Part shown: piece after piece, positions 63,480-64,000 of the stretch
Position numbering within the stretch: position 1 is the stretch's first letter
Layout of the letters: each line of letters starts with the position of its first letter
Source of the DNA: Mobula hypostoma
Taxonomy: Eukaryota
DNA length: 64,000 nucleotides
Assembly: GCF_963921235.1 (NCBI RefSeq)
Contig: NC_086098.1
Span: 155,806,001 to 155,870,000 of the forward strand
Direction: 5' to 3'
Notes under the pieces: model-generated
What the model saw: only the letters and a program-made list of their open reading frames with translations
What the model was told of the DNA's origin: nothing
The model's database searches: none
Position numbers and translations under genes: made by a program

Positions 63480-64000
63480 CAAGGTATCAACAAGGTATCA
63501 ACACGGAAATGAATTCGGTATAGTGCAGCAAGCATATTACGAGAAAATAGGCGCTGACAACTAATACTGTGTATCCATATACACACAGCCGAAGGGAGTT
63601 CGACCTGAAATATTAACGTAGTTACTCTTTTCACCAATCCATCCAGCCTTCTGGCCCATTGCTTTTTAGATTTCCAAAATTTGCATTTTTCATGCCCACT
63701 TCACCTGCGCCGTGAACGCCATTTCAGAGGCATAAAATTAAACCACATAATATGTTTTTAAGAATCCAGTCGTTCGTCACGATTCATGCCGAGCTGATTA
63801 ATTTACCATAAGAACAGTCGATAACGACGATCAATAATTAGCTCGAATCGAATTATTTAGATACTTAACATATTATTGTGTTTCGCGAGTGTTCAACATT
63901 TTTAGAACCTTTTTGCTGCAGTTTTTCATGCTCAGACATCGACCTAAATTCGATGTACTCAACTTCTAAAACAGCACCCGAACCCAATTAAAATGGATAA

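Overview
Eukaryotic genomic DNA from a cartilaginous fish, probably a ray or skate (inferred from the Ig light-chain cluster layout and the CR1, Penelope, Rex-Babar and V-SINE repeat content). (1) A decayed but structurally complete epsilon-like endogenous retrovirus at 4920-14868 (+): two 504-bp LTRs about 7% diverged by eye, a tRNA-Ser-like PBS, gag, an amber stop, pol and a gamma-type env. Its pol has an extra ~170-aa region between protease and RT with two HxT motifs, the signature of a 2H phosphoesterase. (2) A tandemly duplicated lambda-like Ig light-chain locus on the - strand: one complete gene with a germline-joined VJ (octamer promoter, leader 26457-26409, VJ 26293-25943, C 24005-23683; 240 aa), a 45-nt C remnant (38435-38391), an intact orphan C exon whose VJ has been deleted (41294-40972; 4 differences from C1 against ~85% identical flanks), and a divergent third C (58422-58100) whose VJ is not in the window. 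(3) Dense retroelement debris, including Penelope ends with minimal hammerhead ribozyme motifs (intact at 56930-56965), solo LTRs and near-complete CR1 ORF2 copies. A 137-N gap at 15539-15675 separates blocks whose order conflicts with the paralogous unit. All alignments and identities were done by eye and many repeat boundaries are approximate.
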